DNA from: Paramoeba atlantica
Lineage: Eukaryota; Protista; Discosea
Assembly (NCBI GenBank): GCA_977017575.1
Contig: CDRNVI010000149.1
Coordinates: forward strand, 1 to 64,000
Direction of reading: 5' to 3'
Length of the DNA: 64,000 nt
Shown here: piece by piece, positions 1-11,937 of the stretch
Layout: each line of letters begins with the position of its first letter
How positions within the stretch are numbered: the stretch's first letter is position 1
Translations under genes and position numbers: made by a program
The notes under the pieces: generated by a model
What the model was told of the DNA's origin: nothing
The model's input: the letters and a program-made list of their open reading frames with translations, nothing else
The model's database searches: none

Positions 1-491
1 AAGCAGGTCTCACCCCAACAGACTAAACTGAACAACCTCCTCAAATATGATTGGAGTTATCCCATTCCCTCTGCCTCATTCTTGAGGAAATTTCAAGGAT
101 TAGTAATTACAAACTCAAGTGGTATACTTCCCCAAACCTTTCTCTCCTGATGGAACCTTGATACCACCTGTAGTCCTCTCTAAAGATCTTCATGATGTAT
201 ATTCTACTTCAATTCCAAGTGACAAGTTATGTGAAAGTATGTTGAATAATGAAAAGAATAGAAAGAAAAGGAAAAAAAAGAAAAAAAGACATATAATCTT
301 TAAAGAAGGTAGACTTTCTCCAAGTGATGATAAAGATTAACAAACTATACTAATATTTAACTGATTTAAATATAATTAACTATGCTTATATTACCAATTG
401 GTAAGACCTAAATTAACTTTTCCATCTATATGATGGTTTTTTATCTTAATAAATTAATGGCATCTTCTGATGTCTAGTAAAAAAAAAAAAA
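1..491 (+). mobile_element. 3' end of decayed L1-like LINE (C-terminal ORF2 extension, 3'UTR, poly(A))
   Basis: ORF 119..340 is nearly identical to ORF 3344..3565 and similar to the C-terminal tail of ORF 23732..24850; ends in an A-run at 479-491. Confidence 0.85.
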
Positions 492-629
492 GTTCTTCTT
501 CTTGCTTTTCTGTTTCCTTGTTGTTGTTTTCTTGTTCTGTTAGTGTTGGCTGGGGATCCTTCCCATAAAGGTTTTGATCCAGAGTTTCTATTTCTCTTTC
601 TTTTCTCTTGTTTTCTCTGTTGATCCTGC

Positions 630-1265
630 TCCTCTCCTCATAAGCTTAAAGCAGGCCAAGTAACCCATACAAGGGATTAACTAGATGTTGATCATTCTTA
701 CTCTCACTGCAAAAGGCTTTCCTCAATTCTTAATGGCCTTACTTACTCCTTGCATCTTTTCACATACTTTAAGCTAATCCCTCTTTGAGTCCATTTTACA
801 GCTTATTCGCATACCCAAATAGGTTGTTTCATCACTTCTAAAGTTGATTTTGAGCATTGCAGACTAAGGGTCAGAAGGTTTGTACATTTGAGTTGTTAAA
901 ACAAAGCACTTTGAGTAATTCAAGAGAGCACCAGTTGTCTTCTCATACTTCTGGAAAGTGGGGGTCAAGAGGTTAATAGTATCAACTTTTTTCAAAAGTA
1001 GTTCAAGGTCATCCATGAAGCTAGAGAGCTTCTTAAGAGGGTGATTCTTGTTAAGGCTCACCAGCAATAAATCAAAGACAATTAGAAAGAGAAGAGGGGA
1101 AATTGGGCAGCTTTGTTAAACTCCAGTTTTACTGGTAATAGAGTCAGCTGAAAAGGAGGTGAGGAATGTTCTCAACCTTGGGAATCAAACATAATTGGCT
1201 CTCTCTAAAGGAGTCAGGAAATTTCATACTTTCTCCTGCTTGTTGGATCAATTCAACCCACATCT
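630..1265 (-). pseudogene. L1-like reverse transcriptase fragments
   Basis: ORF 864..1067 contains SSFMDDL and YEKTTGALLNYSKC; adjacent decayed TGV(R)Q(G)CPISPLLF; matches ORF 25082..27709. Confidence 0.85.
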
Positions 1266-1693
1266 CTTTTTTTTTTTTTTCTTTTGGAGATAGACTTTAT
1301 TCAATTAGTAGTTCTTAATCTAAGCCATTTAAATTACATTAAATTATGTTTGTTTTTAACCTCTAACAAGAGGTGAAGTTTTAAACTTCAGCTTAGTTCA
1401 GTTAGTCTTTATGCTGAACTTTAGAACTTCTGCAAGTTCAGGCTGAAAAATGTACATCAAAAGGGAAAATAATCCAAAGCTCCTTCCAAGGGAGTTTATT
1501 CTCAACTTTTTAGCAGACAGGGCTGAGATGTAACCTGTTCTGATTTTCACACTTCTTCAAAAGCTCCTCACTCCAATCAAATCACTCTTTTGCACCAGAA
1601 AAATTTTCTATAATATTGAAAAACTGAGATTTGAACTTGCCCCCCAGGGTTGGACAGAGTCAAATTTATAACTAAACTATGGGCACCAACTCC
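1266..1693 (-). mobile_element. tRNA-derived SINE family 2
   Basis: Reverse strand has an A-box-like TAGTTTAG and a B-box AAGTTCAAATC (CpG-decayed GTTCGAATC); poly(A) tail; 11-bp TSD aacccacatct at 1255-1265 and 1694-1704; homologous to 8001, 29639 and 31358 copies. Confidence 0.8.
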
Positions 1694-3193
1694 AACCCAC
1701 ATCTTTTGATATTTCTTATAAGTTTTTCAATAGAGGGAGAAGGGAATTCCATCAGGGCCTGCACTGGTATTGTTGGCTTGAAGGAACAGCTTCTCAACTT
1801 TCAGAAGATCTACTGTATGATTTTCAGAGTCTGGGAAGTGGAAGAGGTGGTTATCAAGAAGTTCATCCAGGGCTTTGAGGTTATAAGGGCATTCAGTTCC
1901 CAGGAGATCACCCTAAAAACCTTTAATAGCATCTCTCACAGTAGATGAGTCATGAAAACAAGATGCCATCAACAATCACTCCTCTCACCTTGGGGGAGGA
2001 CTTCTTGTTGGAACAAGCTGGGTGGTTGTTTTCTTTTTAACATTGGACTTTATTAGATGATGGTCTAACTCAAAGCCACTAATTTTTTAAGGTTAAAGAT
2101 AACAAGGATAGAGTTTCACCTCTTTAGGTTCAAATGGTTCAAAGACCTTTAATTCACTTAAACTCCTTCTTAAGGAATTTATTCTCTGCTTTTTAGCAAA
2201 CAGGGCAGAGGATAATCTGTTCTGTTTTTCACATTCAAGTGAGCAGGAAGAGAAAATAATGTTTTTAATATTTTCCTCTTTGGGATTTGAACCTACAACC
2301 CTGAATTGAAGCAATAGCTGTTTTACCAACTAAACCATCATGCTACAATTAGCTGAGTGGTTGTTGAGAAAGACTTCAAGTTGTTGTTCAAGACTTGATA
2401 TCCAAGAGAGACCAACTTTAATCATCTGAGGAATAATCTTTAATCTCCATTTCTGCTCTTTTGGAAGATTATCCCAATTCTCAGCAGCTGCTTCTCTCAG
2501 TTCAGCTTCCAGGGAGGTGAAGGAATGAGCTGGGCTATCCTTTCTAAGGATTCAAGTTGTTCTCAGCTTCTTAACTAAAGTCTGCAATTTCCAAAGTTTC
2601 TTGAAGAGATGAGCTTCCTTGTGCTTGTTCTTCCACAGAGCAGTCAATCTCCAGGCTTTAGATTTCATTTTATCAAGACAGGTCACAGTGTCACCCACAG
2701 AGTAGTTTCCAACAGCTTCAGAGAGAGTAGAGATAAATTTGAGGTCATTAATTAGGTATTCAGAAATCCTCTTCTTCTGAGAGTTGATCTCTCACTCTTG
2801 GCTCCTCCAATCATTACAACATGATCTTTGAATCCAGATGGGATTGCATTCACAAACAAACAGTCTTCAGGAGCCTCAGAGGGGAGGAAAATGTGGTCAA
2901 TACATCAACCCTGAAAATGGGTAGGTTCCAACCAGTTGAGGCAAGACAGATTCAGTTCAGAGAGGTGTTCAATTAATTTCTGGCAATTGGTTTCATTCAA
3001 ATCCCAATTGAGGTCCCCAGCCAGAATATTTCTGCTCTGGGGGAAGAAAAACCAGGAAGATTCTTCCATTAGGTGTTTTAGTTTCAGACCAGGGTGGTGA
3101 TAAACATTGAGGGCTGAAAATTCCTGATTTTGGATGGAAACTTTTAATCCAAACAATCCACCTTTATTTTTCTCAAAAAAGAAGGAAGTGGGA
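1694..3193 (-). pseudogene. Decayed L1 ORF2 endonuclease/linker region, interrupted by a SINE1
   Basis: ORF 2905..3207 (ALNVYHH, ILAGDLNWDLN, EPTHFQG) matches the APE domain of ORF 25082..27709. Confidence 0.85.
2031..2350 (-). mobile_element. tRNA-derived SINE family 1
   Basis: A-box TGGTTTAGTTGG, B-box GGTTCAAATCCC, tail aataaagtcc...aaaaagaaaa; TSD agctg(g/a)gtggttgtt at 2016-2030 and 2351-2365. Confidence 0.85.
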
Positions 3194-5017
3194 TTTTTTT
3201 TTTCCACTAGATATCAGAAGATGCCATTAATTTATTAAGATAAAAAACCATCATATAGATGGAAAAGTTAGTTTAGGTCTTACCAATTGGTAACATAAGC
3301 ATAGTTAATTTTATTTAAATCAGTTAAATATTAGCATAGTTTGTTAATCTTTATCATTACTTGGAGAAAGTCTACCTTCTTTATAGATTATATGTCTTCT
3401 TTTCTTTCTTTTTCTTTTCTTTCTATTCTTTTCATTATTCAACATACTTTCACATAACTTGTCACTTGGAATTGAAGTAGAATATACATCATGAAGATCT
3501 TTAGAGAGGGCTACAGGTGTTATCAAGGTTCCATCAGGAGAGAGAGGTTTGAGGAAGTATACCATTTAAGTTGTAATTACTAATTCTTGAAATTTCCTCA
3601 AGAATGAGGCAGAGGAAATGGAATAACTCCAATCATGTTTGAGGGGGTTGTTCAGTTTAGTCCATAAGAGAAAGTTATCAACAATCCATTCTTCTTCAGT
3701 TTTTCCAACTTGTTTAGCATGAAGGTCCTATTTGGAATTATTAACAGCAGCCATTCCATCCATAACTGACCAACTAGCAGCAGTAGCAATAGCATCAACA
3801 TGTTTGTTAAGTTCACAGAAAACATGGATAAATTCAGCATCTTCAAATTTAGCAGCAGTTGCTCTAATCTCTATCAACAGGAGGTTAAGTTCATGGTTGC
3901 TAATATTGTGATTCTTAGGAGCTGCCTTGGTTAATATCATACAATCACCAACAATTTGGATGTGGGAACCCAAACTTCTTGCATTCTTTAATCCCAGGAG
4001 ACAGCCTTTGAATTCACCAACATTATTTGTACTAAAGGGAATAGTTTCAGCACCAGCCAGGATTTCCTTTCCATTTCTGAAGATAGCATACCCAGCACCA
4101 CCAAGATGAGGATCAGTAGGGCCTGAACCATCATAGAAAACTTGTAAGCCTTTAAACTTAAACTTTTCAATCTCTCTCTTCTTTTTTGCAGAGGTTGGGT
4201 CTTTACAAGGAGGTTTGGAAAGGAGTTTGTTCTTCTTTAAGACTTTGTGAAAGATATCAATAGTATACTCAGCAGATTGGGATCCTTCAGCACACACAGT
4301 TATCCACAGTGCAAGTAAGGCATCACTCACTATTGAGGTGAAGAGGTTTGAACAGTATTGAGCAGTAAGTCCACACACAAAGGAAGAGGATTCCCAAGAT
4401 GGGAGTTTCAACTTGATGCAGCTATGTCCCATCTTCTCAAGATAACTTTTTGCATGAATCCAGGTTTCAAGGAGGTGGGTTCAAAATTTTTTCCCTTTCT
4501 TACATAATCAACAGGTAGGAGGTTCCAAAGTAAAGTGGGAGATCTTATCCATTGTAGAAAGACTACAAATCAAGAATTTGGTAAGGTTTTGTTGGAGTTG
4601 AGGTTTAAGAGTATGAGCTAAGTTGTAGACAATGCATTTGATCTTTCCACCCTCTTGGTAGATATCTTCAAGCACAATAGGTACTTGACAAGAAAGGGAA
4701 CTATAGTTTGTTTTGGTTGAACCCCCCAGAATCACTTCTTTAGAGATTTTTGAAGCAGCAAAGGAAGCATCAAGTCTCATAGCTCCAATGGTCAAGGGAT
4801 TCTTGTATTCACAACTTAGAGGTTTATAAGAGATAAGAAGAGCCCAATTGAAAAGAATGAAGTGGCGAACCTGACATTTACTACCCATAAGAGGATGGCA
4901 AGTAGTTAAAATGGTGGTTTTCAGATTGACATATGCTCCCAAGGCAGCTAGAATGAGTTTCCATACTATCACAGATACAGATTGGGGGATAAGCTTAAAG
5001 TGAGCTAAGTAGCCCAA
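3194..5017 (-). mobile_element. 3' portion of L1-like LINE (RT tail, CCHC region, RNase H, 3'UTR, poly(A))
   Basis: ORF 3728..4432 has VFYDGSG...NNVGEF...VGDC...NKHVDAIA (RNase H); ORF 4508..5017 matches the RT C-terminus; T-run at 3194-3203. Confidence 0.9.
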
Positions 5018-5022
5018 TCCTT

Positions 5023-6724
5023 CAATCTGTATCTGTGATAGTATGGAAACTCATTTGAGCTGCCTTGGGAGCATATGCCAATCTAAAAACCACCATTCTA
5101 ACTGCTTGCCATCCTCTTATAGGTAGTAAATGTCAGGTTCACCACTTTATCCTCTTCAATTGGGTTCTTCTTATCTCTTATAAACCTCTAAGTTGTGAAT
5201 ACAAGAATCCCTTGACCATTGGAGCTATGAGACTTGATGCTTCCTTTGCTGCTTCAAAAATCTCTAAAGAAGTGATTTTGGGAGGTCCAACCAAAACAAA
5301 CTATAGTTCCCTTTCTTGTTAAGTACCTATTGTGCTTGAAGATATCTACCAAGAGGGTGGAAAGATCAAATGCATTGTTTACAACTTAGCTCATACTCTT
5401 AAACCTCAGCTCCAATAGAACCTTTCTTTTTAACACTAGACTTTATTAGGTGATGGCCTAACCCAAAGCCACTAATTTTTTAAGGTAACTCTAATGGAAC
5501 CTTACCAAATTCTTGATTCATGGTCTCTCTACAATGGATAAGATTTCTCACTTTACTTTGGAACCTTCTACCTGTTGATTATATAAGAAAGAAAAAGAAT
5601 CTTGAACCTACCTCCTTGAAACTTATATTCATACTAAAAGTTACCTTGAGAAGATGGGATAAAGCTGTATAAAGTTGAAACTTCCATCTTGGGAATCTTC
5701 TACCTCTGTGTGTGGACTTACTGCTTAATACTGCTCAAACCTCTTCACCTCAATAGTGAGTGCTGCCTTACTTGCACTGTGGATAATTATATGTGCTGAA
5801 CAGTCCCAATCAGCTGAATATACTATTGATATCTTCCACAAAGTTTTAAAGAAGAACAAGCTCCTTCTGAAACCTCCTCATAAAGATCTAACCTCCACAA
5901 AGAAGAAGAGAGAGATTGAAAAGTTCAAGTTTTAAAGACTTACAAGTTTTCTATGATGGCTCAAGCTGTACTGATTCTCACCTTAGTGGTGCTGGCTATA
6001 CTATTTAAAAATGAAAAGGAAATCTTGGCTGGTGTTAAAACTATTCCCTTTGGTACAAATAACATTGGTGAATTCAAAGGCTATCTCTTGGGATTAAAGA
6101 GTGCAAAAGGTTTGGGTTCCCACATCCAAATTGTTGGTGATTGTATAATATTAACTAAGGCAGCTCCTAAGAATCACAATATTAGTAACCATAAACTTAA
6201 CCTCTTGTTGATTGAGATTAGAGCAACTGCTGCTAGGTTTGAAAATACTGAATTTATCCATGTTTTTTGTAAACTTAACAAATGTATTTACTATTGCTAC
6301 AACTTCTAGTTGGTCAGTTATAGATGGAATAGCTGCTGTTAATGATCTCAAATGGAACCTTCATACTAAACAAATTGGAAAAACTAAAGAAGAATGGATT
6401 GTTAACAACTCTTTCTTATGGATTAAACTGAACAACCTTCTTGAGCATGATTGGAGTTATTCCATTCCTTCTTCCTCACTTTTGAGAAAATTTCAAGGTT
6501 TAGTGATTACAACTCAAGTGATATACTTTTCTAAACCTCTAACCTTTAAAGAAGGTCAACTTCCTTCAAGTGATGATAAAGATTAATTAACTATTCTAAT
6601 AATTAACTGATTTAAATGTAATTAATTATATCTATATTACCAATTGGTAAGACCTAAACTCAAAATGATGGTTTTTTATTTTAATAAATTAATGGCATCT
6701 TTTGATATCTAGTAAAAAAAAAAA
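5023..6724 (+). mobile_element. Mirror-image copy of the L1 3' portion at 3194-4984
   Basis: ORFs 5065, 5953 and 6212 parallel ORFs 4508, 3728 and 3344; A-run at 6714-6724; a SINE1 tail fragment is inserted at ~5423-5486. Confidence 0.9.
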
Positions 6725-6729
6725 CCTAA

Positions 6730-7122
6730 GTGTCCTTCTAAATGCATTTTCACTAGGAATACTTCTCAACCATGCAATAGATGTAGTAAGAAATAGAACC
6801 AAAGGAATTTCCAAGAATCATTTTGTATGTTGATAATACCCAAGTTAGCAGGACAATCTGAGGCAATAATCATATTCTAAATATTTTAAACAGATTCACA
6901 AAATTTCACAGATTCTATGCAACAAAAAGAGTTTTGACCATTCTTACTGTAAACAAAACTGTTGAATTATGTTTGTACTTTCAGCTGCCCAGTGAAGATT
7001 ATTTCAGATCAAGGATGTGAATTTGATGCAAAACTGACCACTAAGTTTGGAAAAATGATGGGAGTGAATTTGAAATATACAATTAATTTCAATCCAAGAG
7101 CAAATGAAGTGGTTGAAAGACC
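6730..7122 (+). pseudogene. Decayed DDE (rve-type) integrase core fragment
   Basis: Hand translation across one frameshift: ILNRFTKF...LPVKIISDQGCEF...KYTINFNPRANEVVER; upstream PCNRCSK resembles the end of the HHCC finger. Confidence 0.75.
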
Positions 7123-7180
7123 TTGAAGAACAAGTTTGCTATGGTAAAAGACCACCCTACAGGGAGTTGAGCATATTTAT

Positions 7181-7503
7181 AATTGTGATATGATGGCTTA
7201 GTTGGTAAAACAGCTATTACTTCAATTTGGGGTTGCAGGTTCAAATCCCAAAAAAGAAAATATTAAAAATATTATATTCTCTTCCTGCTCACTTGAATGT
7301 GAAAAATAGAACAGATTATCCTTTGCTCTGTTTGCTAAAAAGCAGAGAATAAATTCCCTAAGAAGGAGTTGAAGTGAATTAAAGATCTTTGAACCATTTG
7401 AATCTAAAGAGGTGAAACTCTATCCTTATTATCTTTAACCTTAAAAAATTAGTGGCTTTGGGTTAGACTATCATTTAATAAAGTCTAGTGTTAAAAAGAA
7501 AAA
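7181..7503 (+). mobile_element. tRNA-derived SINE family 1
   Basis: A-box TGGCTTAGTTGG, B-box GGTTCAAATCCC, A-rich tail; degenerate TSD gag(t/c)tgagcatat(t/c)ta. Confidence 0.85.
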
Positions 7504-8000
7504 GAGCTGAGCATATCTACTGATAGTTCTTAGCTAACTTTATTCAATTATATTCTTCAGAAGCTCTGACTTGTCTTTCAACAGAGTTGCTGAAGGAAAT
7601 GCTAATTCAATACCATTATTTTTGAAAAAAGCAGTTCCAGGTATGAACCAAACAATTGCTAAGCTTTGGAAGATGATTGATATGAAGAATGCCTCCCTCT
7701 CCACCCACCTTGCTACCAAACTTAACCCATCTCTCATTAAAGGAGCCAAAATACTCTTTCCAGTAAGAGCCTTTACCTTTCCTAACAAGATTCCTACCTT
7801 TCCCAACTTCCTGAAAGCTATTGAAAGTCAAACCAACCTTAAGGGAAGTATTAAAGTGGAGGCAAGGGCCAAGCACTATGCTATTCTTGCTCATAAGGAG
7901 GAAGACATTCTTATAATCCAATCTATTATTAAAAAGAAAGAAAATCTAATTGCCAACTGACTTGAAAGTACTTGTATTATCTGTAGAGTCAATCATGATG

Positions 8001-8314
8001 AAGGTTGGTGTTTATAGTTTAGTCATAAATTTGATTATATCCAACCAAATTATATTTCAGCCTTGTTTGCTAAAAAGTTGAGAATAAAATCCCTTGAAAG
8101 GAGCTTTGAATTATTCTCCCTTCTAATATCCTTCAACTTGAACTTACAAAAGTTCTAAAGTTCAACATAAAAACTAATTGAACTAAGCTAAAGTTTAAAA
8201 CTTCACTTCTTGTTAAAGGTTAAAAACAAATATAATTTAATGTAATTCAAATGGCTTAGATTAAGAACTACTAATTGAATAAAGTCTGCTTCAAAAAGAA
8301 AAAAAAAAAAAAAA
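8001..8314 (+). mobile_element. tRNA-derived SINE family 2, internally deleted
   Basis: Head and 3' half match 31358-31780; poly(A); TSD agtcaatcatgatg / agttaatcataata. Confidence 0.8.
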
Positions 8315-8689
8315 AGTTAATCATAATACTTATTTGTAGGGAATCAAGATTAAACTCCCTTTCCAAGTCTCAGAAAACAAGTGGATTTACAATTTATTTA
8401 ATAGAGAGAATTACCTTCCCTCTTTCAATCTCAAAGAAGTGATATAAGTTTCTGAAGACTGCATCATCATTTTCTACAAGTCTATTTCTCTTTTTCTAGT
8501 CCACCTTATTACCAAGACCAAAGGATTTATCTGAATCAATATCTTGATTAAAGCCAAGTATTCCATTTGGATATTAATCAAACCATATTACCTCCTTATT
8601 GAATGTCTTCTTTGTGGGGTGAACCATTCTGTAAGTTTAACTTGCACTGCAGAGATTATCCAGAAACAAGGAGAAGATACTATCAGCAA

Positions 8690-9009
8690 TTGTAACATGA
8701 TGGCTTAGTTGGTAAAACAACTATTACTTCAATTCAGGGTTGCAGGTTTTAATTCCAAAGAGGAAAATATTAAAAACATTATTTTCTCTTCCTACTCACT
8801 TGAATGTGAAAAACAAAACAGGTTATTCTCTGCCCTGTTTGCTAAAAAGCAGAGAATAAATTCCCTGAGAAGGAGTTTAAATAAATTAAAGATCTTTGGA
8901 CCATTTGAACCTAAAGAGGTGATACTCTATCTTTATTATCTTTAACTTTAAAAAATTCATAACTTTGGGTTCAGCCATTACCTAATAAAGTCTAGTGTTA
9001 AAAAGAAAA
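8690..9009 (+). mobile_element. tRNA-derived SINE family 1
   Basis: A and B boxes, tail; TSD gatactatcagcaa (8676-8689) / gatatcattagcaa (9010-9023). Confidence 0.85.
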
Positions 9010-9476
9010 GATATCATTAGCAAGTTTTTTAAAAAAAAACAACTAAGCTTTAGTTTTGAGAAAGACCAAATTATAATTACAAATGCAAAGAAGTATGAAA
9101 GAATGAAATTTATTTACAAAAAAGAAACACCAACTGAAGAATGGGTTTTTAAGGAAAAAGAGAAAATTGCTGAAATAGAGAAGGAAGAAGAAGGAATGAG
9201 CAATGGCTTTGAAATGTAAGGTAAGAATGAATAAAAAAAAAGAAAAGAGGATGGTGATAGAGATATAATTATGATTGAAGGGGGAAAAGCTGATAGTGAA
9301 GAAGAAAGTGAGGAAAAAGAAAAGAATAATAGGTCAGTTATAGTGAAAATCCCTTTGGAAAGAATATAATTAAAACTTAAAAAAATGATTACAAATCTTG
9401 AAAATAGAAAATATGAATTATTGAATGTAAGCTTTGACAAGTTTTGATTGAAATGGTTAAATTTATTGTTTCTTAA

Positions 9477-9590
9477 TTGTGGTATGATGGCTTAGTTGGT
9501 AAAACAGCTATTGCTTCAATTTGAGGTTGCAGGTTCAAATCCCAAAGAGGAAAATATTAAAAACAAAAAAAAAAAAAAATAGGGGGTTCA
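9477..9590 (+). mobile_element. SINE family 1, 5' head fragment
   Basis: tgtggtatgatggcttagttgg...ggttcaaatccc, then truncated. Confidence 0.8.
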
Positions 9591-9833
9591 AGATACAATT
9601 GTCTGAATTTCCTATCTTTTTGTAGTGTGTATTCTTGTGGCTGGTTGCCACAGAAAATATTATGGAAACCTCTTCACCCAGTGTAAAGGAAGGAGAGGGA
9701 TTTCCTACCAGAAACACCTGGTTAGGATGAGTGGATAGTGAATCATTTGCTCAAGTTGTAAAAAAAAAGTGAAAGAAAGAAAAGACCTCTTGAAACCAAG
9801 GAAGGCTTTCCAGCCTCCAAAGGTTTCAGCAAT

Positions 9834-10739
9834 GTGTTACACAAGATCGATCAGAACAATGTTAGACTATACCAAGGTTTAGTCATGTGCCTGAACCCAA
9901 AAACTGTTGTTGGAGCCAAGTCAAGATCAACAAAGTTAGTGGGATCACTGGATTTTAGACCAGGACTTCCCAACTTCAATGAGGTTATCAAAGCAATTGA
10001 AAATGTGACTTTTCTTAAAGGGAAGATTTTTGTGAACATCAAGCAGGGCCATTTTGTGATCTCAGTGCTTGAGAACATGGATGCTGCCAGTGTAGAAAAA
10101 GAGTTTTTGAACAAAGGTGATGAATTGGCAAAAAAACTCAAGAAATCCTTTGTCTGGAGGAACAATGAGGATACAAAATTGTGGGGGCTCAAAATCAGGG
10201 TTCCCTTTGAAGCCAAGGGTGTGAAGTGGATCCAGAATCTTTGTGCTGGCCCAAATTCTCTTCTGAGACATAACTTGAAGGAAGTAGTTCAAATAGCCCA
10301 GAATTGTATTGTTTTGGTTTACACCCAAATTCCCATTAACTTTGTCCATCTCATTGCCCACACCAAGGGGTGGTTGGGGATTAGCAATACTCAAGCTCAA
10401 GTTTCTGTTAGGACCCCAGCGAGGCCCTTTGATAAAGTGATGAAATGCCCCACTTGCCAAATTAACCATCTTGCTTGTTTGGATTGTTTATTTGAAATTT
10501 TACAAAAAAAGGATCCAAGTGAAGTTGGCAATATGATGAGAACAGAAATATACTTGATCAACACCTGTGATCCCAAAGGAGTTAAGATAAGAAATCAAGC
10601 TGCTAGAGATGGTGTGCAATTTAACTTCATCTTGCCTGAAGGAGTCCTTTCATCCTGTACCCCCTTCGGTAATACTGGTGGGTCTATGGTGGTGGGCCCT
10701 GAGAGAATAGATCAAACTTCCCAAGTCACAAGCTTCTAA
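9834..10739 (+). CDS. LINE ORF1-like protein (family B), N-terminal part with a Cys/His knuckle-like motif
   Basis: Homologous to family A ORF1 (KAIE..T.LKG, LWG.KIR.PF, NLKEVVQ, VHLIA.TKG, CPTCQINHLACLDC vs CPLCRVNHLASFTC); family A ORF1 lies upstream of the APE domain in 14106-17300. Confidence 0.65.
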   Translation: MLHKIDQNNVRLYQGLVMCLNPKTVVGAKSRSTKLVGSLDFRPGLPNFNEVIKAIENVTFLKGKIFVNIKQGHFVISVLENMDAASVEKEFLNKGDELAKKLKKSFVWRNNEDTKLWGLKIRVPFEAKGVKWIQNLCAGPNSLLRHNLKEVVQIAQNCIVLVYTQIPINFVHLIAHTKGWLGISNTQAQVSVRTPARPFDKVMKCPTCQINHLACLDCLFEILQKKDPSEVGNMMRTEIYLINTCDPKGVKIRNQAARDGVQFNFILPEGVLSSCTPFGNTGGSMVVGPERIDQTSQVTSF

Positions 10740-10818
10740 GCCTTCTGAAGATCTCTCCCCCATTGGTGTTAAAAAAGATGGCTTAAATTTACCTGCATGT
10801 AATTCTGGTGGCCAAGGG

Positions 10819-11937
10819 TTGGTGTTTCGTTTGCCTAATGTTATTCCTGCTGAACCTACCCCTCTGAAGGGCCCCCCTCCTGTGAAGAAGAGCCATGAAG
10901 CCATACCCAACAACTTCAAAGTACCTTCTTCCACAACTAAGGGATCAGTTGTCCAAAGGAGTTCCTCTGTGGGTCCAGTCAAGCATGATGCTGCAGCTCT
11001 GATTAAGATGAGTTCATTTTCTCCCATCAGGACCAAAACCTTTTCTAAAATTAAAACAATAAATGGGATCAGCAAACAAGTTAGTGGATTCTCAGTGCCC
11101 CCTATATTGCCAGCCCAGCGATCACAAGCTCAACCAAAAAAGAAGAGTACCCAGACATTGGTGAACACATGTTCCAACCCAGTAGTCTCTTCCTTTAAGT
11201 CTACTTCTTCACATCCAAAAGAGACTGTGGGCAAGTCAAGAAATTGCGCTGATTCTGTGATCCAAAAGAAGGAGAACAGAAGAAGCCAACCTGTTTCTGA
11301 CCCTGCTCCTATCTTCATCAATGAAGAAAACTTACTGTTTGAAAATGGATTGGTGGAGAAACCTAACAATAGAAGGGAGGTGAAATCAATGTTCAAGAAA
11401 TTGAACCTGAACATCAAATGGGCAAGTGTAACTGAGGATTTCAGAAGAGTTTATGAGGGGTTGGAGAATGGCTCAATTTTCCCAAAGGATAGGAGATTAA
11501 GGCGTCAAGCTTTCTATTTGGTTGAGTACCTTGTGAAGACAGGATGCACTAAGAGGAAGAAGGGTGGATCAGAAGAGGTGATTAATGTTAGAGTAGGGTG
11601 GGAGAAAGGAAAGAATGAGAGTGAAGAGGAAAAAGGAAAAATATCACAAAAGAAAAGAAAAATTGCACAAGAAAAGAAGAGTGGAGAAAGAAAGTTGGTG
11701 AATTTTCCAAATGAGGAAGGGGTGGGTGTTGTTCATCCACTTATAGAAAAATCCAAGGAAAGAAGTGGTGGTGTCCAAGACAGTGTCCCCTTTTCCTTTT
11801 TGTTTGAAGGGTCAGATATGAGAGTGGAAGGAGAAGAGGAGGAAGAGGGGGATGCTATGGAGATCGAAATGAACAAGGAGTTTGCCAGAACAACCCAAGC
11901 AAGGAGAGAGAGTGAGGGAGGGAAGTCAGTCATTTAA
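10819..11937 (+). CDS. Probable C-terminal part of LINE ORF1 (P/S-rich, then K/E-rich), in a different frame from 9834..10739
   Basis: This frame is open from 10711 and overlaps the preceding ORF; low-complexity charged tail resembles family A ORF1. Confidence 0.5.
   Translation: MVFRLPNVIPAEPTPLKGPPPVKKSHEAIPNNFKVPSSTTKGSVVQRSSSVGPVKHDAAALIKMSSFSPIRTKTFSKIKTINGISKQVSGFSVPPILPAQRSQAQPKKKSTQTLVNTCSNPVVSSFKSTSSHPKETVGKSRNCADSVIQKKENRRSQPVSDPAPIFINEENLLFENGLVEKPNNRREVKSMFKKLNLNIKWASVTEDFRRVYEGLENGSIFPKDRRLRRQAFYLVEYLVKTGCTKRKKGGSEEVINVRVGWEKGKNESEEEKGKISQKKRKIAQEKKSGERKLVNFPNEEGVGVVHPLIEKSKERSGGVQDSVPFSFLFEGSDMRVEGEEEEEGDAMEIEMNKEFARTTQARRESEGGKSVI

Larger units (their letters stand above)
7126..9478 (+). 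mobile_element. Decayed L1 5'UTR and ORF1 (family A), interrupted by three SINEs
   Basis: ORF 7571..7960 is homologous to ORFs 14106..14615 and 17928..18302; same 5'UTR motif as 14035-14105. Confidence 0.8.

Noticed and set aside
7181-7260. tRNA genes at the A-box/B-box sites
   Set aside because: There is no complete cloverleaf or 3' acceptor stem; each continues into a shared body with poly(A) and TSD, so they are SINE heads.
2093-8945. Repeated 78-aa ORF MVKQLLLQFRV... (2093..2329, 8709..8945) as a small gene family
   Set aside because: It lies within SINE1, overlapping the A and B boxes, and is broken in other copies.
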